A stretch of DNA of 63,983 nt, filler included, from Basidiobolus ranarum (lineage: Eukaryota), in assembly GCA_040143965.1 (NCBI GenBank). It is 4 parts of 4 records of this genome, joined end to end, with 100 filler letters (N's around TTAATTAATTAA, not from the genome) between each part and the next. Parts side by side here need not be neighbours in the genome. Positions count along the whole stretch, not along the records: positions 1 to 16,789 come from JASJQH010007206.1; 3 more parts are not named here. One strand, given 5' to 3'. Below are positions 1-12,326 of this stretch, one piece after another (within the stretch, counting starts at the first letter, position 1; each line of letters begins with the position of its first letter). Both the position numbers and the translations under genes were made by a program. The notes beneath the pieces are model-generated. The model was not told the DNA's origin, searched no databases, and saw only the letters and a list, made by a program, of their open reading frames with translations.

Positions 1-167
1 AAAACTTTGGTTTCAGATAGTTTTGCATTGTTTTCTTCTCCTACAACAGTGTCCCAAAGTCCTTTTTCTTGCAGCAGCATTTTCATTTTAATTTTCCAAA
101 CTTGATAATTGATTCCATCCAATTTTTCAGAAGAGAGAGAAGTTCCATAAATCTGAGAAGTAGACAT
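1..167 (-). CDS. gag: Ty1/copia Gag(-Pol) N-terminus, running off the window edge
   Basis: Manual translation from ATG at 167: MSTSQIYGTSLSSEKLDGINYQVWKIKMKMLLQEKGLWDTVVG, the copia Gag N-terminal pattern (KLdG.NY..Wk.kM...L..kgLW). Directly follows the LTR and PBS. Not in the ORF track. Confidence 0.85.
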   Translation of the reverse strand, partial: MSTSQIYGTSLSSEKLDGINYQVWKIKMKMLLQEKGLWDTVVGEENNAKLSETKV

Positions 168-186
168 TACAGAGAGTGCAAGCTTG

Positions 187-198
187 GGGCTCATAGCC
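187..198 (-). other. Primer-binding site of the copia element (tRNA-iMet anticodon-fragment type)
   Basis: Minus strand reads ...TTTAACA|GGCTATGAGCCC right after the LTR; one mismatch to the GGTTATGAGCCC PBS of Ty5/copia-type elements. Confidence 0.75.
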
Positions 199-547
199 TG
201 TTAAAGCATTTGGGAGCCTGTTGGAAGTGGTTTGGAAGATTAGAGGAATTGGTGGTTTTTACTTAATGAATTATTGAGTATTCAGTTGACATATATAGTT
301 TTGTCAAGATGTAAACAAACTAACATGTAGAATGTGTTAAGAAAAGATCCCAGGAACATGTGTGCAAAGTTTGGGGCTTCTAGCACAAGTTTGAAAAATC
401 TATATATCTGAGAACTTCTGAGTTGGTACAAATATTCCAAGTAAATTCCAATTGAGAATAATGGATGATATCTTAGTGAATTATAAGATAACTAAGTACC
501 AAGCTATATATGACTATATAGGTGTTTAGGCAAATCTAATTTCAACA
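199..547 (-). mobile_element. 5' LTR of a Ty1/copia retrotransposon (~349 bp)
   Basis: TGTTGAAA...TTTAACA termini; aligns by eye with copies at 33915-34244 and 56175-56522; followed by PBS and gag. Confidence 0.88.
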
Positions 548-829
548 TGAATACCATCAAAATACCATCAAGAAGCTGCCGTTATTCCATCAAAATATCT
601 GGCAGAATGCAAGCCACCAATATTGTGATGGTTCTCTGATGGTTTTGCAATCCAGAAGGGTGGATCCGATCCGGATCAAATCAATTTTATTTTTGTTAGG
701 GCTCATCCTAGATTCCCAGAATATGAAGCAATGTAACAATGTACAAAATAACATTAGGAACAACCAAATAAACTTTGACAATATCCGGATTACTCTATCT
801 GGATAATGATGTCATAATGGTTTTTAACT

Positions 830-1035
830 TCCTTACAAATAGACGCCTGCTGCATAAACCTGCAGCCTTGCTTGTCACTGGTGGTAGATAGGCATTCATA
901 TATTGTATGTTCCTCAAATTTAGTAAGGAATCTTCACTCAGAGTCAGTGTTTGGCTCATTGGAGATATTTCCTCACGCATAGAGTGGCCACAAAACCATC
1001 TGCGCTAGCCATGAAGATCACTTTTATCCCCACCA
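830..1035 (-). pseudogene. Decayed paralog of the repeat-peptide precursor
   Basis: Minus strand gives GDKSDLHG*RRWFCGHSMREEISPM (intact: GDKRDLHDLCGRWFCGHTKREEVSPV), then in shifted frames EEHTIYECLSTTSDKQ and GLCSRRLF (intact: EEQAVHEQSSTISDKR, DLCGRWF). Contains a stop and frameshifts. Confidence 0.75.
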
Positions 1036-1266
1036 CAGTTATATGTATTACGCTCCTCAATTACTAACTATAGCACAAGTCAAATAGTTATCTAATTTAC
1101 AACAATAGGAGATTTATTAAATTATGCAATTGAACACAAAAAAAGGATTCGAAATTACTACAGTTTGGTTGACATCAAGACAAGAAACAGCTGACTCTAG
1201 GTCAGTAAATCTTTGGTTGTACATTGTTATTTGCGTACAGGCCATATGAATCGGGTGAATTTTCAG

Positions 1267-1302
1267 GCTACTGGTGATAGAGCTACTGGTGATAGAGCTA
1301 CT
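1267..1302. repeat. 15-bp tandem repeat (GCTACTGGTGATAGA, ~2.4 copies)
   Basis: Directly visible. Confidence 0.8.
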
Positions 1303-1342
1303 AGCTCTAAGTTAAACTAAATGAAGCTTTGTTGTAATGAGT

Positions 1343-1729
1343 TCAACTACTGAGAGAATCTACGCCATTGCTTACTGATGATCGGAGGTGATTACGCAGG
1401 GAAATGCTTCGTTTCTTAGTGTGACCACAGAACCACCTTCCACATAAGTCATGTAGATCTCGCTTGTCACTGATGGTAGATGATTGTTCATGTACTGCTT
1501 GCTCTTCAATTTTTACAGGAGGCATTTGCTCAGTGTCATTGATAGTTGTTTCTATTTGAATAACTGGAGAGACTTCCTCACGTTTAGTATGACCGCAGAA
1601 CCATCTGCCGCACAAATCATGAAGGTCTCTTTTATCTCCTGCCATAGCCTTGAAATCCTGATCTGCAGGTAAACTTTGTACTGTCAGAATAAGAACAGTA
1701 GTAGCTACGAAGATGCTGATGAATCTCAT
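1343..1729 (-). CDS. Secreted Kex2-processed repeat-peptide precursor (KEP) with two identical DLHDLCGRWFCGHT cores
   Basis: Hydrophobic signal peptide MRFISIFVATTVLILTVQS; two KR-DLHDLCGRWFCGHT-K(K)R units; acidic spacer; TATAAATA upstream on the minus strand (1804-1811). Confidence 0.85.
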   Translation of the reverse strand: MRFISIFVATTVLILTVQSLPADQDFKAMAGDKRDLHDLCGRWFCGHTKREEVSPVIQIETTINDTEQMPPVKIEEQAVHEQSSTISDKRDLHDLCGRWFCGHTKKRSISLRNHLRSSVSNGVDSLSS

Positions 1730-2426
1730 GACTATATATAAAAAGATACTGGAGGCTGATGTTGTGATAGAACTGATTGGAGATTAGCATCTTACCGTCT
1801 AGCTATTTATATGATTTCATGGTCAGACAAAATACATGGCAGTTAGTTTGATGTTCCCAGAATATACAAATCAGGCTAGATGATTTTCATTTCTGGTGAA
1901 TATCTCGGTGGTGTCTAGAGATACCCTGAGAATACACTTCTGTCAATTGGTTGCCTAGTGAGTATTTCTTAGAATGGAGCGATTCTCAGTTGTTATATTC
2001 CTGGAATATTAAGTGATGCAAACCAGTATCTCAAATTATATGAGCACGAAAAAGTAACAATTTCTGGATCAATCTATCCAGTTAAAGATTTGATCACTGT
2101 ACGCACTACCTTTGCATTTCAGTTGAGTGATGCTTCTAATTTCTCGCTTTACTTTCAAACTTTAACTGTATTGTATTGAATTTTGAACCCAATAATATTA
2201 TCAATGTAACGATAGCAAATTCCTGAGGCATTGTCTGATAAATGATTACTAGGGTCAGCATAAATTTACTAAACATTATATCGGTTGGGGAATGTGTGAA
2301 TTAATTGATAGCAGACCTGTGAATCAATACTTGATATATCAACTCAGAAAATCTACTTTCCAACATCTTGGGAAGTAACTGGTGTATAATGAGTGGAACA
2401 AGATTCATCAGATGATACGGTTACTC

Positions 2427-2572
2427 ATACTTCTGCTGCGAATCTGAGATTGTTGCGAAGAATTTCATCTCTTTTCCTTGTTCGCTCGCAGAACCATCTG
2501 CCACATGGGCCATGTAGATCCCGCATGTCGCTGATGATAGATGAGCTAGGGAAGTAATGAAGATTAAGCATA
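2427..2572 (-). pseudogene. Diverged partial copy or last exon of a peptide-precursor paralog
   Basis: Minus strand reads SSIISDMRDLHGPCGRWFCERTRKRDEILRNNLRFAAEV*, matching SSTISDKRDLHDLCGRWFCGHTKKRSISLRNHLR. No signal-peptide exon found. Confidence 0.7.
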
Positions 2573-4523
2573 TTCAGCTAGAATGCTGTTCAAATAAGGA
2601 GATGATTGCTAAATTCTGCAAATTTAAATTTTAGCAACAGCTTAGTTAGAGTGTAAGACGGAACATGGGATATAAGTTAAATATCCAAGAATCAGCAATG
2701 CTGAACTTGAAATTTCAAAGTTGTCTAAACTTACCCCAAGACTACTCATTAGGTTCACACTTGTATTCTGCACTTAATCTCACTGTTTATATTTTGTATT
2801 TCCTTCAACAGTAAAAATAGTATATTTCTGGTCAATAAATAAATATCATCCAAACTGTCAATCCCTACAACAACTGCACTCACACACCTCCAAATTCTTT
2901 CTATAGGTCCCTAGTCTATGCAAATGGTGATATCTGCTCATATTTGTATTACCAACTCTATACATATAGTCACAAAAAGCAACGCTTTTTGATACATAAG
3001 TACCGGGTAATAACATGTGATAGAGCATACTGTTCCGTATCTGAAGAGCAAAATATGTTCATTCATTTCTAAAGCACTTATGTTTGTAAATACATTGAAA
3101 GAGATTAGAGACACAACTGATGATATAATACCAATTACTAGACTTACTGTTCTTATGTTTGATGGACATATTTCCTAGAATAGTAGGAAACAGCTATCTA
3201 TAGTATCTTCAACAACCCAAGTTAATATGGCGACGGCATAGCTAGTAATACTATTGCAAGGCCAGAGATATTTTCAGTATCCACTCATATAATTACCTAA
3301 CATCTTTACATTAGAAATTCATGAAGAATAATCACATCCAGTTGGCAGACTATCGAGCGGTAATTTATGGAGTTAACAATAGTCCATCTGTTAATGTCAA
3401 AAACTCTATAGTGTGTGTTTGCCTTTAATAGTTTAAAATGAACATCAACTCTCTGACTATGAAGAACAGAAACAACCGGAAAGAGATAAAAGCTCACTGC
3501 GCCCAAATTCCTGATACTGAGAAGCACTGTTCATTGACCACCAATTAATATTGAGATACCATGACAATAGTAATTAGGACAACAGTAAATAGGAATTAAC
3601 TCCAGCACATGTATGAATCTGGTGAGAGTAGTTATAAATATGTGAGGAATTAACTGAAACACTCCAAGACCCGGAATGATCAATCGGGGCCATTGAATCT
3701 GTTTTCGACTGAATGATGTAACAATGATAGAACCCTAATCTTAAGAATCTTCCATTAGAAATGGACGGATGACTTTTTTGGATACTGAGTTCAATCTTAT
3801 TGCCTTTGAAGCATAACCTTTCTTATCCAGCAGCGCCTTCCGTATATATTCATAACCGATATCAATTATAAGGGGTTAGCTAAGCTCAGGGAAAGCAGAT
3901 CTGGTATATTTGCTGTCACAGACCATTCTGGAGCACCAAAATCACTAATACCATGCATTTACCATCTGGTGAGATCTACCAGGGTCAACATGAAGTGTAG
4001 TATAGTCATGAATTTCTCGATCTAATTCAATTTTGTGGTTCCATAATACATGTTTTGTAAAGCCAAGCCACTCCTGAGGATTGGTCACTTTATAATTAGC
4101 ACGAACTAGATCATTCGATTCTTTAATAAATAGTGTTTAAGCCAAATATTTATGTCTACAGTTTAACAAGTCATCTGAAGCTGAGACGAATTGATAGAAA
4201 TAGTATTGATTTGTTTGACTCTGTCATAGTGAGGTGGGGGTGAAGGGGTGAGAGGGTGAAGATCGAATCAATCGTATCTCTATATACTAAATAAATTCTC
4301 GAAACGTCTTTATGATGTCATTCTTGTACCTAATTGATCAACATGGTTAATGTGAAATTTTGTTAACCCTCATTTCATATTTAATCAGGTCACTTTGCCG
4401 ATAAAAAATCTCCATTTTTCCCTTCTCACTTTATCTTTTACTCGCTTGATCCATCCCACCTCATCCTCTTACTACTCTTATCAATACTATTATACAACAT
4501 TCCCAAACAACTTGACTTTGATA

Positions 4524-5563
4524 ATGTCTTCAGAGAAATGTGTCTACCCTATCAGTAGTACACATCTGTTGGAATTCACCAAACGAAAAAATTGGTCGCA
4601 TCGCATCATTGGCCAGCTACACGATTTCCACTACGTTTTAACCACATCAGGGAAACTGATATATTGTTCACCTTCATGTCTAGAACTCACGGGATACTCA
4701 GCTCATGAGCTTTTAGGGAAAGATATTGTGGAATTCATACACGTTGATGATATCGACCCATTTGTTAGTTATCTTAAAGAAGCATTAACCAAAGGAGATT
4801 TTCGGTTTTTTTATCGATTTAAATGTAAAAACTCTACCTACACTATCCTAGAAGTATCCGGACATCCATATTTTCAAAATGGTTCTGCTTCAGCCAAATG
4901 CTTTTTCAATCAAGCTAGACCATATCCTGCTCGGGCCACTTCTATGCTAGATGCACTCCTTCAATTAAAACTCGAAAATGAAATCTTAAGTCAATCGGTA
5001 GAGGAATTAAGATCCGAATTACAAGACCATGAAATAGATCCATTTGATGGCAACCGGGGGCCAACCGAGTGGAACGAAGTGGACTCTGGTGTACAGGCAG
5101 GTGATGAATCATTTAACGACGAGCCGAGAAATACGCTTGACCTTCGTGGAGGTATGGGCAGTCGTCGTTCTTCTGTTAACACCGATGAAACTCGATCCAC
5201 GCCAAATAGCAATGTCCAACCCAACTTGGCTCCTGACGCTACGAAAAAGGTTTGTTTCAGTAAAGTTAATCGAGTATATTCTATTCCGTCGACTCACCCC
5301 CTAATCTTAGCGTAAGCATAAAGCATTCGATGATATTGAACGCGTGTGTACTGAATGTGGAACTACTGATGCTCCTGAATGGCGTAAGGGACCTATGGGA
5401 CCTAAAACGTAAGAACCCACAGCTCCTTCATGTTCCAAATATCATTTATTCATGTTAGTCTCTTCATTTTTCTAGGTTATGCAACGCTTGTGGTTTAAGA
5501 TGGTCTAAAAAAAGCAAAAAAGAAAGTACTAATTACGAACTATTAAGGAATATTATCCGTTAG
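4524..5563 (+). CDS. wc-2: White collar-2-like PAS + GATA zinc-finger transcription factor (3 exons)
   Basis: PAS domain ([15 protein letters not shown]...[12 protein letters not shown]...ARPYP) and a coiled coil. After introns ~5250-5310 and ~5409-5475, the GATA finger [30 protein letters not shown]. Confidence 0.9.
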
Positions 5564-8241
5564 AGAAATTTTAATTAAGAAATCCATTAATTTAGTCACT
5601 GTGAAACCTCTCCTGTAAATATATTGACTACAATCACTATAAATATTCGCACATTTTATTATATTTACTTGTTGCTTCGTGCTCTGATTTATATTCTTCA
5701 AGTTACTTCGATCCCTGTGACGACCTGATGCATTAGCATTAGCATATATGTACACCTACGTAATTCTTACGTCGTAACTGCAACGTTAGTCTAACATCTA
5801 GGTCAGTGCGTGTTCCATGATGTCATATCTGATTGCATAGTTGTCTTTGGATCTACGCATCATTGTCTAACTGGATCAAGTTAGAGTGCCCACTCAGATG
5901 ACGTAGTCTGGAATGTCACCTGCCCTTGGCTAAAGTGAAAATGTATGGTATCAGGTTGTTTGAATCAATGTGCATCAATCCTTTCCAATTGGAGATTCGA
6001 CTAACCCGTTTGCAATTTATTTTAGGATATATTTTAACTTAAGCCGATAAAATATGTCGAGCCATCATTTGTGTAACTATTTTCACATGCTACAATATAT
6101 TCGTCATATGTTTGCAAATAATGTAGAAATCATCATCGTAAAACTAGGTTGTATTTCCCCAAATGTTGCATTCAATCGCCTGAATTGCTATTCTATTTCT
6201 CACCATTTAAAAGTGGCATCATGTCAAGAGTAGAATGATATTTGATTTGACAGTTATTGGTCAGGACCTAACATAATCATGCTAATCTTCATTTAGGCTA
6301 AATCCTACTTACATAACAATTTTATAAGCTTGTGTAACAGATACTATTCCTTGCTGATAGAGAATGTTGCAAGTAGTTAGGGTGAAGCAGCTGCACTTGA
6401 AGCTATATTTAACAAAAATCACATTCATGTGGTGATCAAAAACTCAGCTCAGAAATGGAAATCTAGGTCTGTATTGTATCTGGATTGAGGCCGTTGTGAG
6501 CTTCTATATATGTTGGCTATTTCTTTATTTATTTGTTTCATACTATATTTCGAACGTAATCACCAAATATTGATATACAAACTAGTTCTAAAATTGTGAT
6601 GTTACTGGTAAAGGAGTGTAATACTATGAAGTGAAGCTGTTAAAAGTGCCCGATAGTGAACTATGGACAGTCCCCATTTTTTTGCAATCAATAAATAGAA
6701 GGAATGCACAGAGTTTTTACAATTATATAATCCAGAACCTAGATATATTTAGTAACTGATAAGAAACAATATACATTCAAACTCAGCAAACAACGTATGA
6801 TTCTCACAGCATCGAAAGATTTCAATAAGTCATCATGTTGCTAATTTCCCTTTATCTAAGCCTTGTGGATACTATTTCTATTTTCTTCAACAACTGAATA
6901 TCATTACTTTCAACGTAGAACAGTAGTGGATTCTACTGTACTATCAAAAATTTCTCACAGTTGGCATCTCCAACAAATAAAGTTACAACTTCCGGCAAGG
7001 AGAACTACATTGTTAAATACGATTTATTTTCATTGGGAGTGCTGCTAAGGTAGAAGTATTGTCTAGCACGATTTTGCATTCCGTAGTGGTTGGGAGACAA
7101 CAAAAATTCCAATTCGTTGACATTAATATGCATTCTCTCGCAACGTTTTGAATACACATTACCATTTTGATGCAAATTTTTATTCAGATACTTGAATCTA
7201 ACATTGTAACATAATTGCTTGCATTACTGCCAACTCATGCTAACCGCCTCATTTCATGAAATATTCATGCGTGAACTCGAACCCTGCTCCAGAAACTCTA
7301 GTACATTGCCCGATATCACACAATAAGTAGTGAAATGCTTGAGTTTTGGAATTTTTACATTCTTCTTGTGGTAGTAAGTTTTACTGTATCAGAGATATCA
7401 AGCACACTCATATTTGATTTTGGACATATTTTACTAACTCAAGTAACTTGAATTATATCTAAAAGTTGCTTTTTATACATCTATAAAAGAAACGGTTTTC
7501 TCCATTTAGCCAGTTATCAACATATTCAGTGTGAGCTGTTGAGAGAGTAAAGTAAATTCCCTAAATAATGCTATCAGATGTTGAACGCTTATTATTATTA
7601 CACGGTTTGCACATATTGTGTATTAAGTTGAAAGCAAGTATTTCTACCTGTGTTGTAAATGAAGAAAAGTAACAGTAGGAATGGCTTAACAAGATACCCA
7701 GGAAGTTGGGGCTAAAGTATGGGGAATTTTGAATGAGTTTGAACATTTCAGACATTTGCAAAATATATCCAAGGTATAAGTGAATATTTTGTAAGTCAAA
7801 ATAGTCACTAAATAAATATCCACCCTGTTAAACAAGATGTATGAATAGTTAGGTGCTTAATTCTAATATTTCAACACTTGTAAAAAGTTGGATAATTTTA
7901 TTTAATGATTAAATTAGATTAATAGCAGTACACAAAGAGTATTTATGTTCAGAATTTAGATAACTCCATCGATTCATTTTTGGCGGATTAGATTCAAAAC
8001 AGGTTGGAGCATAGTGTACAGATGTTGAAAGTAATCAATGGTTTATACTTCTTTATGTGAAATAGAAGAGATTATAGGGGTCAGGATCATGATACAAGGT
8101 CATCATTGCTTGAGTAAGGGAATAAGGGAATACTTTATAAACAATGGGAATTACTAGGTAAGAAAATGACCAAGTCAATAGAATTACATGGATTTATAAT
8201 AAGCAAAAGGAGTGACGGGAATCCGGTAGTTAGGACAGGAA

Positions 8242-10687
8242 TCAGGTAGTTAGAGAGGGCAATGGTTCAGTATCCATCAAGGTTAGCACAGTATCCATTT
8301 GATGTTGAAGTCGAGATAATTTCTTTTGTATTGAAGCGACGGTATCAGATCTATCTAGTTTCACTCTCAAATGAGTATTTTTCTTTAATAGTCGATTCGA
8401 ATGAGGTGTAGTTGAATGAGGTGTAGTTGATTTAGGGATTTTTTGGTGAAGATTTTCGGTTCTTTCGTTTAAACAATAATCTTCTTGAGCTACTATCGGA
8501 TACATATGTTGATCTAATCTTTGAATATCTTCTTTCCAGTTGGGTTCATTCTCTTCACCCTCTTGACAATCATGAAATGTTTCTGGTCCATCATCGGATT
8601 CGGATTCCGAAGATACATTCTCCGGAAGTTCAATTTGTTCTTGAAGTTCTTCCAGTTGCTTAATGGTAACACTACGACGTGAGGCAGGAACCGAGTCTAA
8701 TCTATACCGAGAGCCTTCGAAACTAGGTCTCAGTCCATGTTGAGTAAGAATCCTGTCACCTATCTCAATCAAACTTGAAGTATCACTAGTATATTCCAAT
8801 GACTCAGACACCGTACGTAAACCATTGGATCGAACCGCACCTAGTGTACTCTGACGACGATGTTGAGCCATCGAAGGACGAGAGGTGAGACCACCAACAG
8901 AAGAGGCCCGTTTACGCATATCTGGTACTACATCTGATTCCTCCATCTCATCTGGATTGGTGACTCTTAAAATCATTCGATTACTCTCTGTTGGTTCACA
9001 TAGGGTTCCAATCGAGTCTGGACGAGCTTTGCGTCGAATCGTCTCTTTTCGACCTAATAATGAGACTGCTTTGGGTTAGAGTGGAGGTGGATGGTGGATG
9101 GTGGATGGTGGAAAGATCTAAAAAATATTACCTCTTCGAGAGCTCTTCGTTACTTGATTGAATTCAGTTTTCGGCAAAGGATTGATAGGGATGGAGTTAC
9201 GTGAGGGGCTTTTAAAGCTTTGGGGCTCGCTCTGGGAAATATTGGGGGCAAGATCGCTCCATGAAGATGGATGTGCTATGTACAATGGTAAACGGAGTGG
9301 TTTCCATTTACTTTGATTATGTGTGAGAAAGTGGAACATCAATAGAGTTTACCATCGAACTAACCAGAATGAAGTGATCAAATCAACCTGAACTTCGTAA
9401 GTGACTTGTATAAGTGCAGTATTCCTAAGTGAGTAACAAGATGGCTTTAAAAGAGTCAGCGTTAGAAGAAGAATCGCTTGAAAATAGTCGAATTCTCTTA
9501 CAGGAACACCAAGAGCCACTACTAATTCACGACTCTCACTAGATGGTATTGCCCAATCGGGTCCGCGATACATTGCCTCAGTGACTAGCACTCTATTATC
9601 CACTGTAGCTAGACGCCCACCAGAATCGGTTCTGGTCAAATCGTTGTTTCCGGATACTTGTTGCCACAAAGATAATTTAAGACCAGACACCTAATAAGGG
9701 GATGATGAGTTGCAAATCAATTGAATGTGTTGCCAAAAGCGTTACCGTCTTCTTCCCCAAATTATTAACAAGTGCTTTAACATAAACCAGGCCACCGGCT
9801 GCCACCATTGCTTTAGTCAATTCAGCCGACATTGAAATTCTCTCTTGAGTTTCACCTTGAACTTCATCAAGGTTATTGGCAGTTACTGAGGCTATACGAG
9901 CATAATCCACCTCAGATTGACTCCATCTTTCATATACTTGAGCAAATCGATTATGCGCCAAATTCACCTTTCTATTATTGGATTTTATCAAAGCTACCCT
10001 GGAATTCAAGAATGAATGACCATTTAAAGAAATCCTCATATCGATAATCATTCCTACCCCGATACAACATATCGAACACCGCCGATTTTCGAGACGTAAC
10101 TACTGGGGAGGGTGGGGGATAACTCCAAGGCGAAGGGGAAAATGGTCTTTCCAGCTTTGGCCGGATAATATCCATCCATATCTACCGAAATACAATCAAT
10201 ATTGGAGGAAATAATTAATATACTTTATATCAGATACTAACCAGGAAGAGTATTTGTTTTCACGGCATCAGAGGGAGCATTATGGTCCTGTAACACCAAC
10301 CTTGTTTTATAAAAGATTCTACGACGTAGTGAAGTATTCTTAGAGTCCCTTTCTACGTCTATAGTATAGAGACGATGGTATCATATTTAATATTAAGCTT
10401 AAGTAGTGACCATAATTAGGTTCGGGAAGGAAAAGAACAAAGTTACCTTCAAAACCAGTCACCTCGATAAGTATCTGACCCAGCATAATTTGCTCTTCTG
10501 AAGCACAAGTTAACTCTAGTCTACCACTCAAGTGACCACTTGCGTTATAAAAAGGTTTATCGAAAAATAAATGGATGCTAACGTTCCCGTTTTTACTAGC
10601 TTGGTTTCCGGGGGCGAAAATAAAGGAATACTTTTCGGTGGATTTAACCACAGCGACAGATTGGATGGGCTTCTTTTCCGGAGTCAT
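8242..10687 (-). CDS. Arrestin-fold (alpha-arrestin-like) protein with a long disordered C-terminus, multi-exon
   Basis: N-terminal FFDKPFYNASGHLSGRLEL...IEVTGFE resembles Arrestin_N; TALIQVTYEVQV resembles an Arrestin_C strand. Minus-strand ORFs are linked by GT-AG introns. Confidence 0.65.
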
Positions 10688-11099
10688 CACTAGCTTCCTA
10701 GAGTAAGACTAATATTCGGTAACTTGATAGAAAGAAAAGTTTAAATACATCAAAGTCATTTCGAAAGGTTAAGGGATTATTGATCGAAAACTCTTAAAGT
10801 GAAATGATTAAGTCAGTCTATTGAATAGAATCATGGATATCAACGTAAAATTTCCCCCCATTTCTGAATCGCTCTTTACATTACTATTATGCATCTTGGG
10901 TTTCACTCAAATCAGAAATTACTGGGGATTCTTGGGATGTGACTAAGGCTAAAGGCACAAATTCACTTTGTCTTAGGTTTATGATGAACCCACATTACAC
11001 ACCAGTTTCACAACATACTCTTGCTTAATTACGAATCTAGTTAGACTACGCTATAAACAGATATCAATGATTTGTAGATGAAGGCTAATGGGCTAGTGG

Positions 11100-11186
11100 G
11101 CTAGTGAGATAAATGACATTGGTGATTATTGCTAGTGAGATAAATGACATTGCTAGTGTGATTATTGCTCGTGAGATAAATGACAT
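11100..11186. repeat. Imperfect tandem repeats of GCTAGTGAGATAAATGACATT
   Basis: About three near-identical units visible. Confidence 0.7.
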
Positions 11187-11534
11187 AGTTCATCCGGATT
11201 TCCTTACACGAACAACTCAATCAAATCAGGGCAAATAAGAGCAAATATCGGTAAATAGCAAAAATGATATGTCAGTCTATGCTTGATGTTATTATGGCTT
11301 TATGAATCTTCTATACATTAATTTGCTTGATTAAATGAAGTTGAGTAAGGGTGGTCTACTAAGCACTGACTATATTTACATTAGATGAAGGTAGGGCGAG
11401 AGCAGGGTATATGAGATGGATGACACTAATTATGTGAATGCTGACTGGTACTCGTGAATGCTACAATTATGCAAGGTATTGTAACTATAACTGTATCCGT
11501 AACCGTAACCGTAACCGTAGCTACGACTGCGAGC

Positions 11535-12326
11535 TTACTCCTCATCCTCGCTACTACTACTTTCAACAAAGGGAGGGCTTAGCTCCATATTGAGCGGAGG
11601 TGGATTGGGACAAGAGTATGGCAGATGAGCAAGTTTCTGCTTACGTTGAATGGAGGAATAGGGGGAGTATCCTATTTGAGGAATTTTTTTCCAACTCTTT
11701 ACAGGAGCAGGAAGGATCACCTTAAGTTTAGATTCATCAACAGGTAAAGATTTTGGAATATCAGGAGAACTATCGATTTTATCGATGAGAAGGGTAGACC
11801 ACCAAGAAAATAATGGTGAATTAACGAAGATATTATATTCGAGTAATTCTAAGAAAATCCTTTCATTCGCGTTGATCTCTTTGACACTTAATCCGGATAA
11901 ACGGGACCATGCGGTATTGGCAATCCCTTTATCTTGAAGGAATTTCGTGGCAACAATAATAGCCGATAGAAACATTCTACGTCCGCATTGAGATCGGCTC
12001 TCTTGTTGGTCAGGGTGTTTACCTCTCTTGGCCAATGCAGTCTTTAGACGGAAAAGATAGATCAGAGCAGTAAGAAGTGTGGAAAAAGAGGAGCGAGAAC
12101 GACGTAAAATCTCCTGAATATACATTCTAAGAGGGATGGTTTGGACTTGGGAGCCCTCGTGGGGCCATATGTACTGTATAAATAGAACGGTCTCATCTAG
12201 AAGAAGAGTTGAGTTAGGAAATCAGTTGGTTAAAGTGCTATATGTAATCCGTGGTTTACCTATCAAAGTATCAATAAGATCAGTTCGAGTAAATTGATGA
12301 GACTTCATAGAAGCTGTTGTGTTCAT
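11535..12326 (-). CDS. Clg1/Pcl (Pho80-family) cyclin-like protein, 2 exons
   Basis: LRMYIQEILRRSRSSFSTLLTALIYL...CGRRMFLSAIIVATKFLQDK...WSRLSGL...INANERIFLELLEY cyclin box. First exon MNTTASMK...LIDTLI. Confidence 0.85.

Noticed and set aside
69-266. 65-aa plus-strand ORF
   Set aside because: Antisense shadow of copia gag, PBS and LTR.
3940-3996. Minus-strand VDPGR resembling a RuvC-I motif
   Set aside because: Short open frame with no other nuclease motifs; likely chance.
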